Shown piece by piece: positions 9,977 to 20,152 of a DNA stretch of 64,000 nt. The notes under the pieces were generated by a model. It worked only from the letters and a program-made list of their open reading frames with translations. It did no database searches and was not told where the DNA came from. A program made the translations under genes and the position numbers. Position 1 is the first letter of the stretch. Each line of letters starts with the position of its first letter. The stretch covers positions 97,886 through 161,885 of the forward strand of contig SVIV01000002.1 in assembly GCA_015069325.1 (NCBI GenBank), given 5' to 3'. Source of the DNA: Clostridiales bacterium (GTDB lineage Bacteria; Bacillota; Clostridia; Christensenellales; UBA1242).

Positions 9977-10573
9977 TTAAAATTTCAATTCTTCTGGCAA
10001 ATGCACGTCTGCATATCCCTGTTTTGCTTCACAAAGCGGACAAGTTTCCCACGCTTCTTTGCCAAAACTTACATATCCGCACGACGGACATACCCAAGCG
10101 ACCTGCTTAGCCTTTTTATAAAGTTTTTCATCTTTCATTTGTTTATAAAGTTCTTCAAATACCCTTGCGTGAACTTGCTCCACCTGCCCAATCATTTGAA
10201 ATAAATTTGCAATCTCAACAAAACCTTCTTCCCTTGCAATCTTTTCAAATTCAATGTAAACATTTGCTTCATCAAGTTCGTCTTGCATTAAATATTTTAA
10301 ATTGTCAAGCATATTCCACTTTTCTTTAAATGGAAGACCTAATGCTATATCAATATTTTCAATTTGCTCCTTGTCTGCTTGCTGAAGTTTTGTGTAAAGC
10401 ATTCTTGCGTGATTAAATTCTTGATAAGCAATTTTATCAATAAGCGTAGCTATCGCTTCATAACCATTCATTCTGAATCCATATTCGCAAAATTCATATC
10501 GAGTCCTAGCACTACACTCAGCAACAAAAGCCCTTGCAAGATTTAAATAAGTTTGACTATCTTTTAATTTCAT
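9977..10573 (-). CDS. Rubrerythrin family protein
   Basis: TYLNLARAF..E..ARTRY, QEFNHA, AREEGF..IA..F, VEQVH; rubredoxin CPSC..CPLC. Start moved to MKLKD because of GGAGG SD. Confidence 0.85.
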   Translation of the reverse strand: MKLKDSQTYLNLARAFVAECSARTRYEFCEYGFRMNGYEAIATLIDKIAYQEFNHARMLYTKLQQADKEQIENIDIALGLPFKEKWNMLDNLKYLMQDELDEANVYIEFEKIAREEGFVEIANLFQMIGQVEQVHARVFEELYKQMKDEKLYKKAKQVAWVCPSCGYVSFGKEAWETCPLCEAKQGYADVHLPEELKF

Positions 10574-10689
10574 ACATTCCTCCATACACTTTTTATATCC
10601 AAAAGACAAACATTTATTCATTTTTTACTTTTTTAATAAAAAAATGCGTTTTTATTGGACTTTTTTTGTCGTTTTGTTATAATTATCGT

Positions 10690-11247
10690 ATGTGGACAAT
10701 AGAATACATTCTTTCTCAAATTTGCATTGTTATTGCTGTAGGCATATTCATATCTACTACCTTTCTTCGAAATAGGAAGTTAGTAATTTTTTTAAATTGC
10801 ATTGTAAACAGCATTTACATTATTCATTATATTCTTTTAAGCAAATACATAGGCGTGGTAATAAATTCAATAGCAATCGCAAGAAGCATTTGGTTTTATT
10901 TTGACTCAAAACTACCACACAAAAATTACCTTTCACTTATTTTTTGTTCACTGTCAATGACTCTAGCTGGAGTTTTAACGTATTCTAATCCACTTGACAT
11001 ATTCGCAATCATCGGTTCCGTAATTAGCACTTTTGGACTTTGGCAATCCAATATGCAAGTATATCGGATTTGCCTAATTATCAACAACTTATGCTATATG
11101 ATATTTAATTTATCAATAAAATCTTACCTATCTGTCACATTTGAATGTGTAATCATTATCACCTCAATTATCAATCTTATTAAATTTTATAAAGAAACTA
11201 AAAAGAAAAAAGATTTGATTCCACCATTACAACAAAACCAACTATAA
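10690..11247 (+). CDS. YgjV-like integral membrane protein
   Basis: Multiple hydrophobic helices; start moved to ATG 10690, 6 nt after TGnTATAAT. Confidence 0.6.
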   Translation: MWTIEYILSQICIVIAVGIFISTTFLRNRKLVIFLNCIVNSIYIIHYILLSKYIGVVINSIAIARSIWFYFDSKLPHKNYLSLIFCSLSMTLAGVLTYSNPLDIFAIIGSVISTFGLWQSNMQVYRICLIINNLCYMIFNLSIKSYLSVTFECVIIITSIINLIKFYKETKKKKDLIPPLQQNQL

Positions 11248-11277
11248 AAAAATAAAAGGAACGCTCCTTTTATTTTT

Positions 11278-12717
11278 TTAATTTTTCATTTGCTTTTCAA
11301 ACTCTTTAATTAAGCACTTTTTCGCCAAATCAGAACTAACATATGCAAACCATTTTAAATTTGCATTGTTTTTTATTTCATTGTTTTCATCTCGCGCAAC
11401 GACAATATCAACCTGATCTCCGTCAAAAAGCCTTGTGTATGGCGGAGATTTTGTTTTTGAACCATTGATAATTGCATACTGAAAACCTAAACCTATATCT
11501 CTATGAAGTTTAAACGCAAAATCTAAAACCGTGTTATCTTTATGAATAAACTTAATCTCGCCAGAACGAGTTTTTACGTGAATAAAATCTTGCCCTAAAC
11601 TTCCTACATCTTCTTCGTCAAGCATATAGCTATTTTGACCATCTAATGTCCCATTTCTTAAAGAAATGTTTTCGCTTTTATTCAAAACATAAACATTATA
11701 TTTGTTTTTAAACCTGTCTTCTATTTGAATATAAGGTTTTTTAGTAAATGAACCAACATTTGCATCAATAAGTTTCACCTGTCCTGACAATTTGTGTTCT
11801 ATCAAAGAAAACACTTCCGCCAAAACATCTTGAAACTCGCCTTTTTCATAAACAAGATGAATATTGTATGTCGCAACCTTAAGCATTTGTCCTTGGGAAA
11901 TTTTTCTAATGTTTATATTTTTAAACATTTTGTTTAAATCTTCATAAACTTTATATTCGCGAACTGGAATGATATGCAAAGATGTAATACTAGAATTCAA
12001 ACAAACTTCTTGCAACTTTCCTTCAATCTTTTTTATAATTTGAACATTTGATGAATGATAATTATTATACTGCCAAAGATATTCACTTATCTCCTGATTA
12101 TGCACAAGCTTAAAGCATTCATTTTTTATCGTTCTATAAAAATATTCACTGTTGAGCGCTTTCGCTATAGGAATAATCCACTTTTCTGTTTCTTTCACCT
12201 TTTCAAGTTGTTTCGCAAATGGGAAAGACGCAATCGTGCGAAGATTGTGCAGCCTATCCGCAAATTTAATACAAAATCCTAAAGGGTTTTGCTTTCCTAA
12301 AGCAATAAGCTTTTTAAAAGACTGCTCTTCAATTGACGCCTTTTGAAAATTTTGGTCTTCATAAATATCGTCGGTGTTAAAAACATATTCTTCTTTGTCT
12401 ATGGCAGAAACACAATCAACCATACTAGCAACATTTTTGCCAAAATGTTGTTCTATTTCTTTTGTTGTATAATTGCAATCTTCAACAACATCGTGCAAAA
12501 GTGCCCCGCAAACAACATCTTCATCAAAATCCAAATTAGATAGTATTATAGCAACTTCTAAAGGGTGCGTGATATACAACTGACCATCCAGACGCCTTTG
12601 ATCGCGATGCAATAATCTTGCAAGTTCAAATGCCCTTTCAATCTTATGAGTAGAATAACCATTTTGCACAAACCTTGACTTTATCACTTCAAATCTTTCG
12701 TCAATTTTATCCAACAT
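11278..12717 (-). CDS. RelA/SpoT homologue: HD hydrolase, degenerate synthetase, TGS; no ACT domain
   Basis: HRDQRR..G..YITHP, LLHDVVED, IKFADRLHNLRT; TGS motif TVLDFAFKLH..IG...AIING; no recognisable synthetase YQSLH/EIQIRT motifs. Confidence 0.8.
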   Translation of the reverse strand: MLDKIDERFEVIKSRFVQNGYSTHKIERAFELARLLHRDQRRLDGQLYITHPLEVAIILSNLDFDEDVVCGALLHDVVEDCNYTTKEIEQHFGKNVASMVDCVSAIDKEEYVFNTDDIYEDQNFQKASIEEQSFKKLIALGKQNPLGFCIKFADRLHNLRTIASFPFAKQLEKVKETEKWIIPIAKALNSEYFYRTIKNECFKLVHNQEISEYLWQYNNYHSSNVQIIKKIEGKLQEVCLNSSITSLHIIPVREYKVYEDLNKMFKNINIRKISQGQMLKVATYNIHLVYEKGEFQDVLAEVFSLIEHKLSGQVKLIDANVGSFTKKPYIQIEDRFKNKYNVYVLNKSENISLRNGTLDGQNSYMLDEEDVGSLGQDFIHVKTRSGEIKFIHKDNTVLDFAFKLHRDIGLGFQYAIINGSKTKSPPYTRLFDGDQVDIVVARDENNEIKNNANLKWFAYVSSDLAKKCLIKEFEKQMKN

Positions 12718-13675
12718 CTATACCTTCCTTAATAAGTTTATAAATGACATCATCTTCTCTGTTTGAAACTTTAGCAAACCTAAACGCATTTGCTTCTAAA
12801 ATTTCATTGAAATGATATTCCAACTTGTTTTGAACCAAAGCGATTTTTTGATTATCTGAAAGCGCACTAGAAATTTCGTTTTTATCCACAAACAAACGCT
12901 TAAACAAATCAATTAAATCTTTAATAGCATAATCAAGATTTACGCTATAATCATTAAATTTTAGGCATTGGTAAATTCCACCATCTGGCATATCAATAAG
13001 CTTACGAGAAATTATCACAAACTCAACACAAGGATTATGTTCTCTTCCCCTTGCAACTGTATTTAACGTTCCACCTCCACCAATATACGCAACTTTACTT
13101 GGCGGATTATTAAATATCATAAAACATCTATCGCCAATCTCTTTGTTATATAAATCAATAAAAAGGTTTTGTTCGGCAACTGTAAGTGCACCTTTATATG
13201 GCAGTTCTTGTTGATTATAAAATTCAACAATTTCTTCATCACTCATTTTGTTTAAGTTGCCAAGCATCTTCACAGCTTCAATTTTTTCCTTTACAAACGC
13301 ACCATAAACAACAGTTCTTTCCCCGTTTGACATTTCGCTTAACACACTCATCACACCATATTTAAGCGTGCTGTTGAAATTACTATGAACTTCACCTTTA
13401 TATGCATTATTGTTGTAATAATACACAATGTAGTTTCCTACAAAACGATCATACGACACTTCTTCTGACGGATTTATATCCGAAAACAAAAAATCATCAA
13501 TACAAATGCCAAATGAATTTTTTAAAGCTACTAAAAACTGAATAGACGGTTCACTCATTTTAGACAAATAGTTGTTGATACTAGATTGCGAAAATCCGGT
13601 TTTATCAGCAATATACTTTTGCGTATATTTCTCAGCCAAAATTTTTAAATTCTTTTGAAAATTACTCATAACCAC
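12707..13675 (-). CDS. XRE-family HTH protein with large uncharacterised C-terminal domain
   Basis: N-terminal NLKIL...TQKYIADKTGFSQSSINNY..EPSIQFL; stop overlaps the RSH start. Confidence 0.75.
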   Translation of the reverse strand: MVMSNFQKNLKILAEKYTQKYIADKTGFSQSSINNYLSKMSEPSIQFLVALKNSFGICIDDFLFSDINPSEEVSYDRFVGNYIVYYYNNNAYKGEVHSNFNSTLKYGVMSVLSEMSNGERTVVYGAFVKEKIEAVKMLGNLNKMSDEEIVEFYNQQELPYKGALTVAEQNLFIDLYNKEIGDRCFMIFNNPPSKVAYIGGGGTLNTVARGREHNPCVEFVIISRKLIDMPDGGIYQCLKFNDYSVNLDYAIKDLIDLFKRLFVDKNEISSALSDNQKIALVQNKLEYHFNEILEANAFRFAKVSNREDDVIYKLIKEGIDVG

Positions 13676-13849
13676 TCCTTACAATATCTTATCATTTTTT
13701 GTCTAAATTTGTCAATGCTTTTATCATTATAATAATATTATTTTTCTTTTTAATAAATATAGTTTATTATTTTTATAATCATCATTTCATTAAAGTGTAG
13801 TTTACAAAATGATTTTTTTATGCTATAATACTATTAATTAGGAGAAACT

Positions 13850-15196
13850 ATGGCAGAATTAAAAGAATTAGACATACAACTTGCCGACGAAGGCTGGAAT
13901 ATTTATGGCGGAAAAAGCTTCAATATTTGGGGACTTGTAGATTTCCCACCAGAACTTTTGAAATATATCCTTGATTATAAAGGAAAAACATTTGTCAGTT
14001 TTGACCCAAACACCGGAAAAAAGATTAAGAAAACCGGACAGAGAGCACCTGTATGGACCGCTTTTGACAAATACCTATACAACGATTACAACCCAAAATC
14101 AAAAGATAACTCCTTGCCAAAAATTTCCGCAACCTTTAAATCTTGTTTTGACCATAAATATAGTGCAATTGTTGAAAATATGGGTATGCATATCGCAATT
14201 GCATTGGATATGCCAACATCTTACAACTACATTGTCGCTTTCAATCCTGAAAAACACAAAAAAATCGTGCAAAACTATCCAACCCCCGACCTAAAAGACA
14301 AATTACAACCAATCGGTATAGTTTCAATCGATTTTTTACAGGCAAGACAAACGGATAAAGTAACAACAGATAAATCAGCATACTTTCACGGAAAAGAAGA
14401 AAACCCTGACTCAACATTCTTTTTCGATGGCGACCAGCTTATTACATTTGAAGATGCGTTAAAAAAACACCATATAGTCCTTGACAAACTCGCAGGAGAA
14501 GAAAACTATATTGAACACTGGATTGACGTCGTTGATAAAATCGCGAGAGAAGAATTTAAAAATATTCCCAAAGAAAAACTCAGCAAAATAACAGAAGATA
14601 TACACAGCAGAATTGCAAGATCATTTTTGCTTAAAGACTGCATTCTCGGAGACTGCGATTTCACGTCATACAACGGCGGCATTGTTGTAAATTCCCACAA
14701 AATACGCTATGCGGCAAACCACGACTATGGAGACATTTGCAACGGGCTCGTAAAAAACAAATTCACATTTGACCTTTATTGCGGAATGTCATTAGACACG
14801 TTCCAAAAACTACCACAAGCGATTCAAGATAAAATTTTAGCAGCACAGAAAAGATTTTCAGCAAAAACAGTTGAACAACTAGCCGAAGACTGGGCAAGTT
14901 CTTCCAGTGAACACAATTTCTACTATGTCTTAAAAAACTTCCCTAATGCCTGCAAAGAATTTTTCAACAACACAGCAAACCTTATCCAAAAGAAGCAGAT
15001 AGAGAAAATTGTCGCAAAATACACAAAAATAACAGTCAATGGGAATGCACTCCTAACAAAAGAAGAGGCCGATATGTTTATCACATATTTAAACGCAAGA
15101 GCTTCACATTACTGCGAACTATACGTAAATCATTTAAACGGAATTCACAGCAAAGTGCCCGAAAATACCGAACTTGATAGTTACGCAATGGAATAA
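13850..15196 (+). CDS. HipA/CtkA-like kinase-fold protein (divergent)
   Basis: E..G..IA.ALDMP, GIVSIDFL, DCILGDCDFTSYN (cf. DxxxGNxDRHxxN), ANHDYG (cf. PxxDxG); GGAG SD. Confidence 0.5.
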   Translation: MAELKELDIQLADEGWNIYGGKSFNIWGLVDFPPELLKYILDYKGKTFVSFDPNTGKKIKKTGQRAPVWTAFDKYLYNDYNPKSKDNSLPKISATFKSCFDHKYSAIVENMGMHIAIALDMPTSYNYIVAFNPEKHKKIVQNYPTPDLKDKLQPIGIVSIDFLQARQTDKVTTDKSAYFHGKEENPDSTFFFDGDQLITFEDALKKHHIVLDKLAGEENYIEHWIDVVDKIAREEFKNIPKEKLSKITEDIHSRIARSFLLKDCILGDCDFTSYNGGIVVNSHKIRYAANHDYGDICNGLVKNKFTFDLYCGMSLDTFQKLPQAIQDKILAAQKRFSAKTVEQLAEDWASSSSEHNFYYVLKNFPNACKEFFNNTANLIQKKQIEKIVAKYTKITVNGNALLTKEEADMFITYLNARASHYCELYVNHLNGIHSKVPENTELDSYAME

Positions 15197-15229
15197 CAAC
15201 AAAAACAAATCAAGTAACAAATTAAGGAG

Positions 15230-15880
15230 TTGATTATGGAAGAAATAAATAATTTAATTTACTCATTAAAAATTAATTTTATAAACCGCTCAGGGGGAGA
15301 CACTTCAATCTCTGTTGAATTCCATGATAATGGTTTAAAAATAAAAAGTATTAAGTTGGGCAATGTTTGTATTACAGAAGAAACAAAAAATGGAAGAGTC
15401 CTTAGCGGAAAAATAGATAATCAAGAAGGATGTTGTGGATATAGATTTGATTATCAAAATGGTGAAAATTTAATAAACATCAATCCTAAAATTCCTATAG
15501 AAACAGCTATTTCTTTGATAAATACAAGCAAGAGGCAATCAGATTATTTAACAGCAGAATTGGTTCTTAGTTCTATTGCAAGAAACGATTATAGAGTTGT
15601 AATACTTGATGAAGGAACTCTAGATATAATCAAAACAGTTTTTGCAAAAAATGAAATTGGAAATCAATGTTGTTTGCAAGAAACTCTTAATTTAATAAAA
15701 TCAAATAACGATGAATGTTTTGTTGAGCAAGATAAGAAAAGGGTTTATACAGTAGATGACAAATTGGTTGAAGAATCTCAAGCACGTATGTTATCAGATA
15801 TTATTAGCAAAAACCCTCAAAGTTATAAGGAATTAATCGAAATTAAAAACCAAATTCAAAAAAACAAAGAGATGGAGTAG
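15230..15880 (+). CDS. Hypothetical protein
   Basis: 216-aa ORF with AAGGAG SD; start may be ATG 15236. Confidence 0.65.
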   Translation: MIMEEINNLIYSLKINFINRSGGDTSISVEFHDNGLKIKSIKLGNVCITEETKNGRVLSGKIDNQEGCCGYRFDYQNGENLININPKIPIETAISLINTSKRQSDYLTAELVLSSIARNDYRVVILDEGTLDIIKTVFAKNEIGNQCCLQETLNLIKSNNDECFVEQDKKRVYTVDDKLVEESQARMLSDIISKNPQSYKELIEIKNQIQKNKEME

Positions 15881-15891
15881 AAAAAAGCATT

Positions 15892-16347
15892 ATGAATAAA
15901 TATATGCAAATTGCAATAAAAGAAGCTCAAAAAGGAATTTCTCTTGGACATGGTGGACCGTTTGGTGCAGTAATTGTAAAGGATGGTAAAGTAATAAGCA
16001 AAGGACATAATCAAGTTGTTGTAAATAATGACCCCACCTGCCATGGCGAAGTAGATGCTATAAGAAAAGCTTGTAAAAAACTAAAGACCTTTGACCTTAG
16101 TGGTTGTGAAATATATACAACAGGCTACCCATGCCCTATGTGCTTTTGCGCTATACTATGGTCTAACATAAACAAAGTGTATTATGGTTGCAACACTACC
16201 GATACTGAAATAATAGGCTTTAGAGATAAAGAATTTGAAGAAGGCATACTTCAAAAGAAGACAGATATTTGTGAGGAAATAGATAGAAAAGAGTGCCTAT
16301 CTTTATATCAAGACTATAAAAAAATTCAAGACAAAACAATTTATTAA
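15892..16347 (+). CDS. Nucleoside/guanine deaminase (cytidine deaminase fold)
   Basis: GGPFGAVIV, DPTCHGE, PCPMC zinc motif. Confidence 0.88.
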   Translation: MNKYMQIAIKEAQKGISLGHGGPFGAVIVKDGKVISKGHNQVVVNNDPTCHGEVDAIRKACKKLKTFDLSGCEIYTTGYPCPMCFCAILWSNINKVYYGCNTTDTEIIGFRDKEFEEGILQKKTDICEEIDRKECLSLYQDYKKIQDKTIY

Positions 16348-16450
16348 AAAATGCTTTATAAATGCAAAAATAGACTAAAAAAAACAAAAAAATCTATTAG
16401 CCTATTTTTTATTAACAAAAAAAAAGAAAGACTTATCATCTTTCTAATAA

Positions 16451-16526
16451 TGGAGCTGTTACCGGGATTCGAACCCGGGACCTCCACCTTACCAAGGTGG
16501 TGCTCTACCTACTGAGCCATAACAGC
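16451..16526 (-). tRNA. tRNA-Thr(GGT)
   Basis: Reverse complement GCTGTTA..GCTCAGTAGGTAGAGC..CCACC-TT-GGT-AA-GGTGG..GGTTCGAATCC..TAACAGCTCCA; 76 nt with encoded CCA. Confidence 0.97.
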
Positions 16527-16751
16527 AAGTTCTATTTTTTTTGTTTTTGATGCTTTTTTAAATGCAATTCGAGTGCTCAACAAGTCTTACCAATGTAGAA
16601 GTCATATTAGCGGAAGGGGCAAATGCCCCTATTTTTTCTTATGCTCCATATATTTTGACGATTTGTCTTTTATTCAAAATATCATTAATGTATCAATGGT
16701 AAAAAAATAAGCATAGAACTTATATACATATTATCATATTTTTTAGGAATG

Positions 16752-18098
16752 TCAAATAGTTTTTTCAATATTTTTCAAACTCATTGCAAGCTCGTGAATA
16801 TCTCCCGCACCAAGAATTACAAAAAGATAATTTTCGCTAGAAGCCCTTATTTCCTTTTCGCAAGCTTCAAAAGAGTCAAAAAACATACTTTTTACTCCCC
16901 TTTTTGATAAATCTAAACTCAATTGCCTGGAATTTATTCCTTCTATTTCTTTTTCCCTTGCAGGATAAATCGGAAGAAGCCACACTTCTTTCGCATCAAA
17001 AAAACACTCTAAAAATTCATGATAAAAATCTTTAGTGCGTGAAAATAAATGTGGCTGAAAAATGGCAATAATATTTTTATTAATCTTTTTACAAACAGCA
17101 AGCGTGTTTTGAATTTCTGTTGGATGATGCGCATAATCGTGAATAACGAACGGATAATTGCTTATTAACTCCATTCGACGTTGCACCCCCGCATAATTCA
17201 ACAAGCCCCCTTTTATATCTTTTAAATCTATATCAAGTAGCAGGGAGACCACAACAACAGCCAACGAATTTTCCACGTTATGCAAACCAAAAGCAGATAG
17301 CTTAATCTCATCTACAAACTGATTATCAATATAAAGATCATAACTATATCGTCCTGGCATATACTCTTTGCAATCTCTCGCATCAACAAAACCGCCATTA
17401 CCAAACGTAACAACGCTCAAATCAAGACCATCAACAATATCAACATTTTTACGATTTAAAATGCAAAATCCATATTTTTTAGTGTTTTTTGCGAATTTTT
17501 TAAAGGATTTTACCAAATTATTCATATTTTTAAAATAATCCATATGATCGCTTTCGACATTCAAAACCACCGATATGTCACTTTTTAATAACAAAAAACT
17601 ATCTTTATATTCACATGCTTCAGTTAAGAAATATTCACCTTGACCTATATGCAAATTTGAATTTATTTGATTTAAAATACCACCAATATGAACTGTCGGA
17701 TCCAACCCCGCTTGAAGCATAACAGAAGCAAGCATTCCCGTTGTTGATGTTTTTCCGTGAGTGCCCGCGATTGAAATACATTTTTTATCCGCTATGATTT
17801 CAGACAACGCTTGCGCTCGTGAGATGATTGTTTTATTTAGCGACTTTAGCAAAACAACATCGCTATTATTCTCGCTTATTGCAGAACTAACAATACATAA
17901 ATCACACGCATTAACAAATTCAGGAGACTCCCCCCGAACAACAAAAATACCTTGCGCGATCAAATTATCTGTAATAGAAGATAACTGGCTATCGCTTCCA
18001 AAAACATTCAGCCCTTTATGTTTCAAGAGCAAGGCAATTGCAGACATGCTGATTCCGCCAACACCAATAAGATAAACCGACTTAACATTTTTAAACAT
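16752..18098 (-). CDS. murC: UDP-N-acetylmuramate--L-alanine ligase
   Basis: IGVGGISMS, IAGTHGKTSTT, EACEY, DHMDY, DYAHHPTE, FQPH. Confidence 0.93.
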   Translation of the reverse strand: MFKNVKSVYLIGVGGISMSAIALLLKHKGLNVFGSDSQLSSITDNLIAQGIFVVRGESPEFVNACDLCIVSSAISENNSDVVLLKSLNKTIISRAQALSEIIADKKCISIAGTHGKTSTTGMLASVMLQAGLDPTVHIGGILNQINSNLHIGQGEYFLTEACEYKDSFLLLKSDISVVLNVESDHMDYFKNMNNLVKSFKKFAKNTKKYGFCILNRKNVDIVDGLDLSVVTFGNGGFVDARDCKEYMPGRYSYDLYIDNQFVDEIKLSAFGLHNVENSLAVVVVSLLLDIDLKDIKGGLLNYAGVQRRMELISNYPFVIHDYAHHPTEIQNTLAVCKKINKNIIAIFQPHLFSRTKDFYHEFLECFFDAKEVWLLPIYPAREKEIEGINSRQLSLDLSKRGVKSMFFDSFEACEKEIRASSENYLFVILGAGDIHELAMSLKNIEKTI

Positions 18099-18162
18099 AT
18101 TTTTTTATATGCTATTGCAAGTTAAAGTGTCATTTTTTTTTCGCAAATCATAAAATTTTAAT

Positions 18163-19023
18163 ATGACAAATCAAAGCATAGAAATACAATCAAACGTGTC
18201 CATTAAAGAGATAACAACCTACAAAAATCAAGGTTCTCTCAAACACATTGCGTATCCCAAAACAATAAAACAATGTAAAGCTTTAATTGAAAATTTAGAA
18301 TTTTATAACATTCCTTATTTTGTTATCGGCAACGGTAGTAACCTACTGATATCACCCGAAACACGTAAATTTTGCATTAATTTGACAAAAATGAAGTATT
18401 TTTTTAAAATAAACTCAAATTTTTTGTCGTTTTCTTGCAATTATCTGCTTTCCAATATTTACACCATTTGCAAAAAAAATGGATTTTCAGGATTTGAACA
18501 TCTCGCAACAATACCCGCATCTCTTGGCGGAGCAATAAAAAACAATGCATCTTTTTTAGGAAATGAAATCTTTGATAATCTCGAAAAAATAAAAATATTA
18601 AAGAATGGCAGGGTTTTAAATTTACAAAAAAATACCATAAATTATTCTTATCATAAAACAGATTTATCTGACTGCATTATTCTTTCCGCAACTTTTAAAT
18701 TACAGGAAAAGTGCCCAGCAGAAATTCTTCAAACGTATAAAAACGCACTTTCTTTCCGCATTGAACATCAACCTAAGGGATTTTCTTGCGGTAGCGTTTT
18801 TCGCAACCCTGATGGTTTCTCGGCAGGTCTTTTAATAGACAAATGTAATTTAAAAGGAAAAGTAAAAGGCGGAGCAATGATATCGCCTAAGCACGCAAAC
18901 TATATTGTGAATTTTAACAATGCAACTTTCGAAGATATACAATATTTAATCGACTTTGCAAAAGAAGAAGTATATCGAAAATTTAAAATCATATTGCAAG
19001 AAGAAGTGGAAATAATACAATAA
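18163..19023 (+). CDS. murB: UDP-N-acetylenolpyruvoylglucosamine reductase
   Basis: IGNGSNLL, IPASLGGAIKNNA, QP..FSCGSVFRNP, KHANYIVN. Confidence 0.9.
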   Translation: MTNQSIEIQSNVSIKEITTYKNQGSLKHIAYPKTIKQCKALIENLEFYNIPYFVIGNGSNLLISPETRKFCINLTKMKYFFKINSNFLSFSCNYLLSNIYTICKKNGFSGFEHLATIPASLGGAIKNNASFLGNEIFDNLEKIKILKNGRVLNLQKNTINYSYHKTDLSDCIILSATFKLQEKCPAEILQTYKNALSFRIEHQPKGFSCGSVFRNPDGFSAGLLIDKCNLKGKVKGGAMISPKHANYIVNFNNATFEDIQYLIDFAKEEVYRKFKIILQEEVEIIQ

Positions 19024-19055
19024 AAAAAAGATAACCCTAGTTATCTTTTTTATTT

Positions 19056-19295
19056 TTACAATTCGTTTTCTTCACAAAGCTCAACCGCGTCCCAAAATAG
19101 ATTTTTTAATTTATTGTATTTTCCTTCCGCATTAAAAGCCATACATTCGCCACAAGACTCATACATCTCTACTGACGCTTTTACTTGCCAAACTTCTTTT
19201 TTTAATGCATTAAAATCCTTATCTTTTCTATCACTATGCATAGCAATAAAAATTTCACAATTCTCAATAAAATCCTTCAACTGTCGTATTTTCAT
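19056..19295 (-). CDS. Hypothetical protein
   Basis: Short ORF after era; AGGAG SD before MKIRQ. Confidence 0.55.
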   Translation of the reverse strand: MKIRQLKDFIENCEIFIAMHSDRKDKDFNALKKEVWQVKASVEMYESCGECMAFNAEGKYNKLKNLFWDAVELCEENEL

Positions 19296-19318
19296 TACTT
19301 TTCTCCTAAGTCTCATTA

Positions 19319-20152
19319 TTAATAACCCAAGTTTTTTACTTTTTGCGGTTTATTGCGCCAATCTTTTTCAACCTTTACAAACAATTTGAGCATAACCTTT
19401 TTACCTAAAAGTTCATTTGCGAATTTTCTTGTTTTAATCCCAATCTGCTTTAATGTTTCGCCGCCTTTACCGATGATCATACCCTTATGGCGATCTTGCT
19501 CACAAACAATATCTGCATCGATATAAACAATATCTTCTTCTTCATAAAAACGAATAATTTCAACAGCTATTCCGTGTGGGACTTCTTGATTTAAAAGTTC
19601 CAGTGCACTTTCTCTTATTTCTTCAGCAACCAAGAATTTCACACTTTTATCCGTATAATAATCTGGCGGATAAATATACATTGGCCCTTCATATTCCGGC
19701 AAGAATTCTAAAATTTTTTCAATCAAACAATCTATATTTTCCCCTGTTTTTGAAGAAAGAGAAATATCACAATCCAAATCTCGACTTTTCAAGTCTGTCT
19801 TTGTTTTGACAACAAGTTTATCTCCTTCAATATGGTTGATATATTCCTGTTCTTCTTGATTCACATCTTTAGTTCCATCAACAAGATAAAGTGTTAAATC
19901 CACCCCAGCCAGAGCGCTTCGGACATTTTTCATCATTGATTTATCCAGCAAGTTTTTACTACGATGAACTCCTGGAGTATCAACAAATATTATTTGATAG
20001 TCATCAGTAGTCAAAATTCCCAAAATGTTATCTCTTGTCGTTTGTGGTTTTGACGAAACAATTGCCACCTTCTCTCCTATTAATGCATTTAAAAGACTAC
20101 TTTTCCCTGCGTTTGGCTTGCCTATCAACGCAACATATCCCGCCTTAAACAT
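19319..20152 (-). CDS. era: GTPase Era
   Basis: GKPNAGKSSL, KPQTTR, DTPG, KH-domain IIGKGG; start at MFKAG. Confidence 0.95.
   Translation of the reverse strand: MFKAGYVALIGKPNAGKSSLLNALIGEKVAIVSSKPQTTRDNILGILTTDDYQIIFVDTPGVHRSKNLLDKSMMKNVRSALAGVDLTLYLVDGTKDVNQEEQEYINHIEGDKLVVKTKTDLKSRDLDCDISLSSKTGENIDCLIEKILEFLPEYEGPMYIYPPDYYTDKSVKFLVAEEIRESALELLNQEVPHGIAVEIIRFYEEEDIVYIDADIVCEQDRHKGMIIGKGGETLKQIGIKTRKFANELLGKKVMLKLFVKVEKDWRNKPQKVKNLGY

Noticed and set aside
13850-16526. Genomic island integrated at tRNA-Thr
   Set aside because: Accessory-looking genes flank the tRNA 3' end, but no integrase or duplicated tRNA 3' (att) sequence was found
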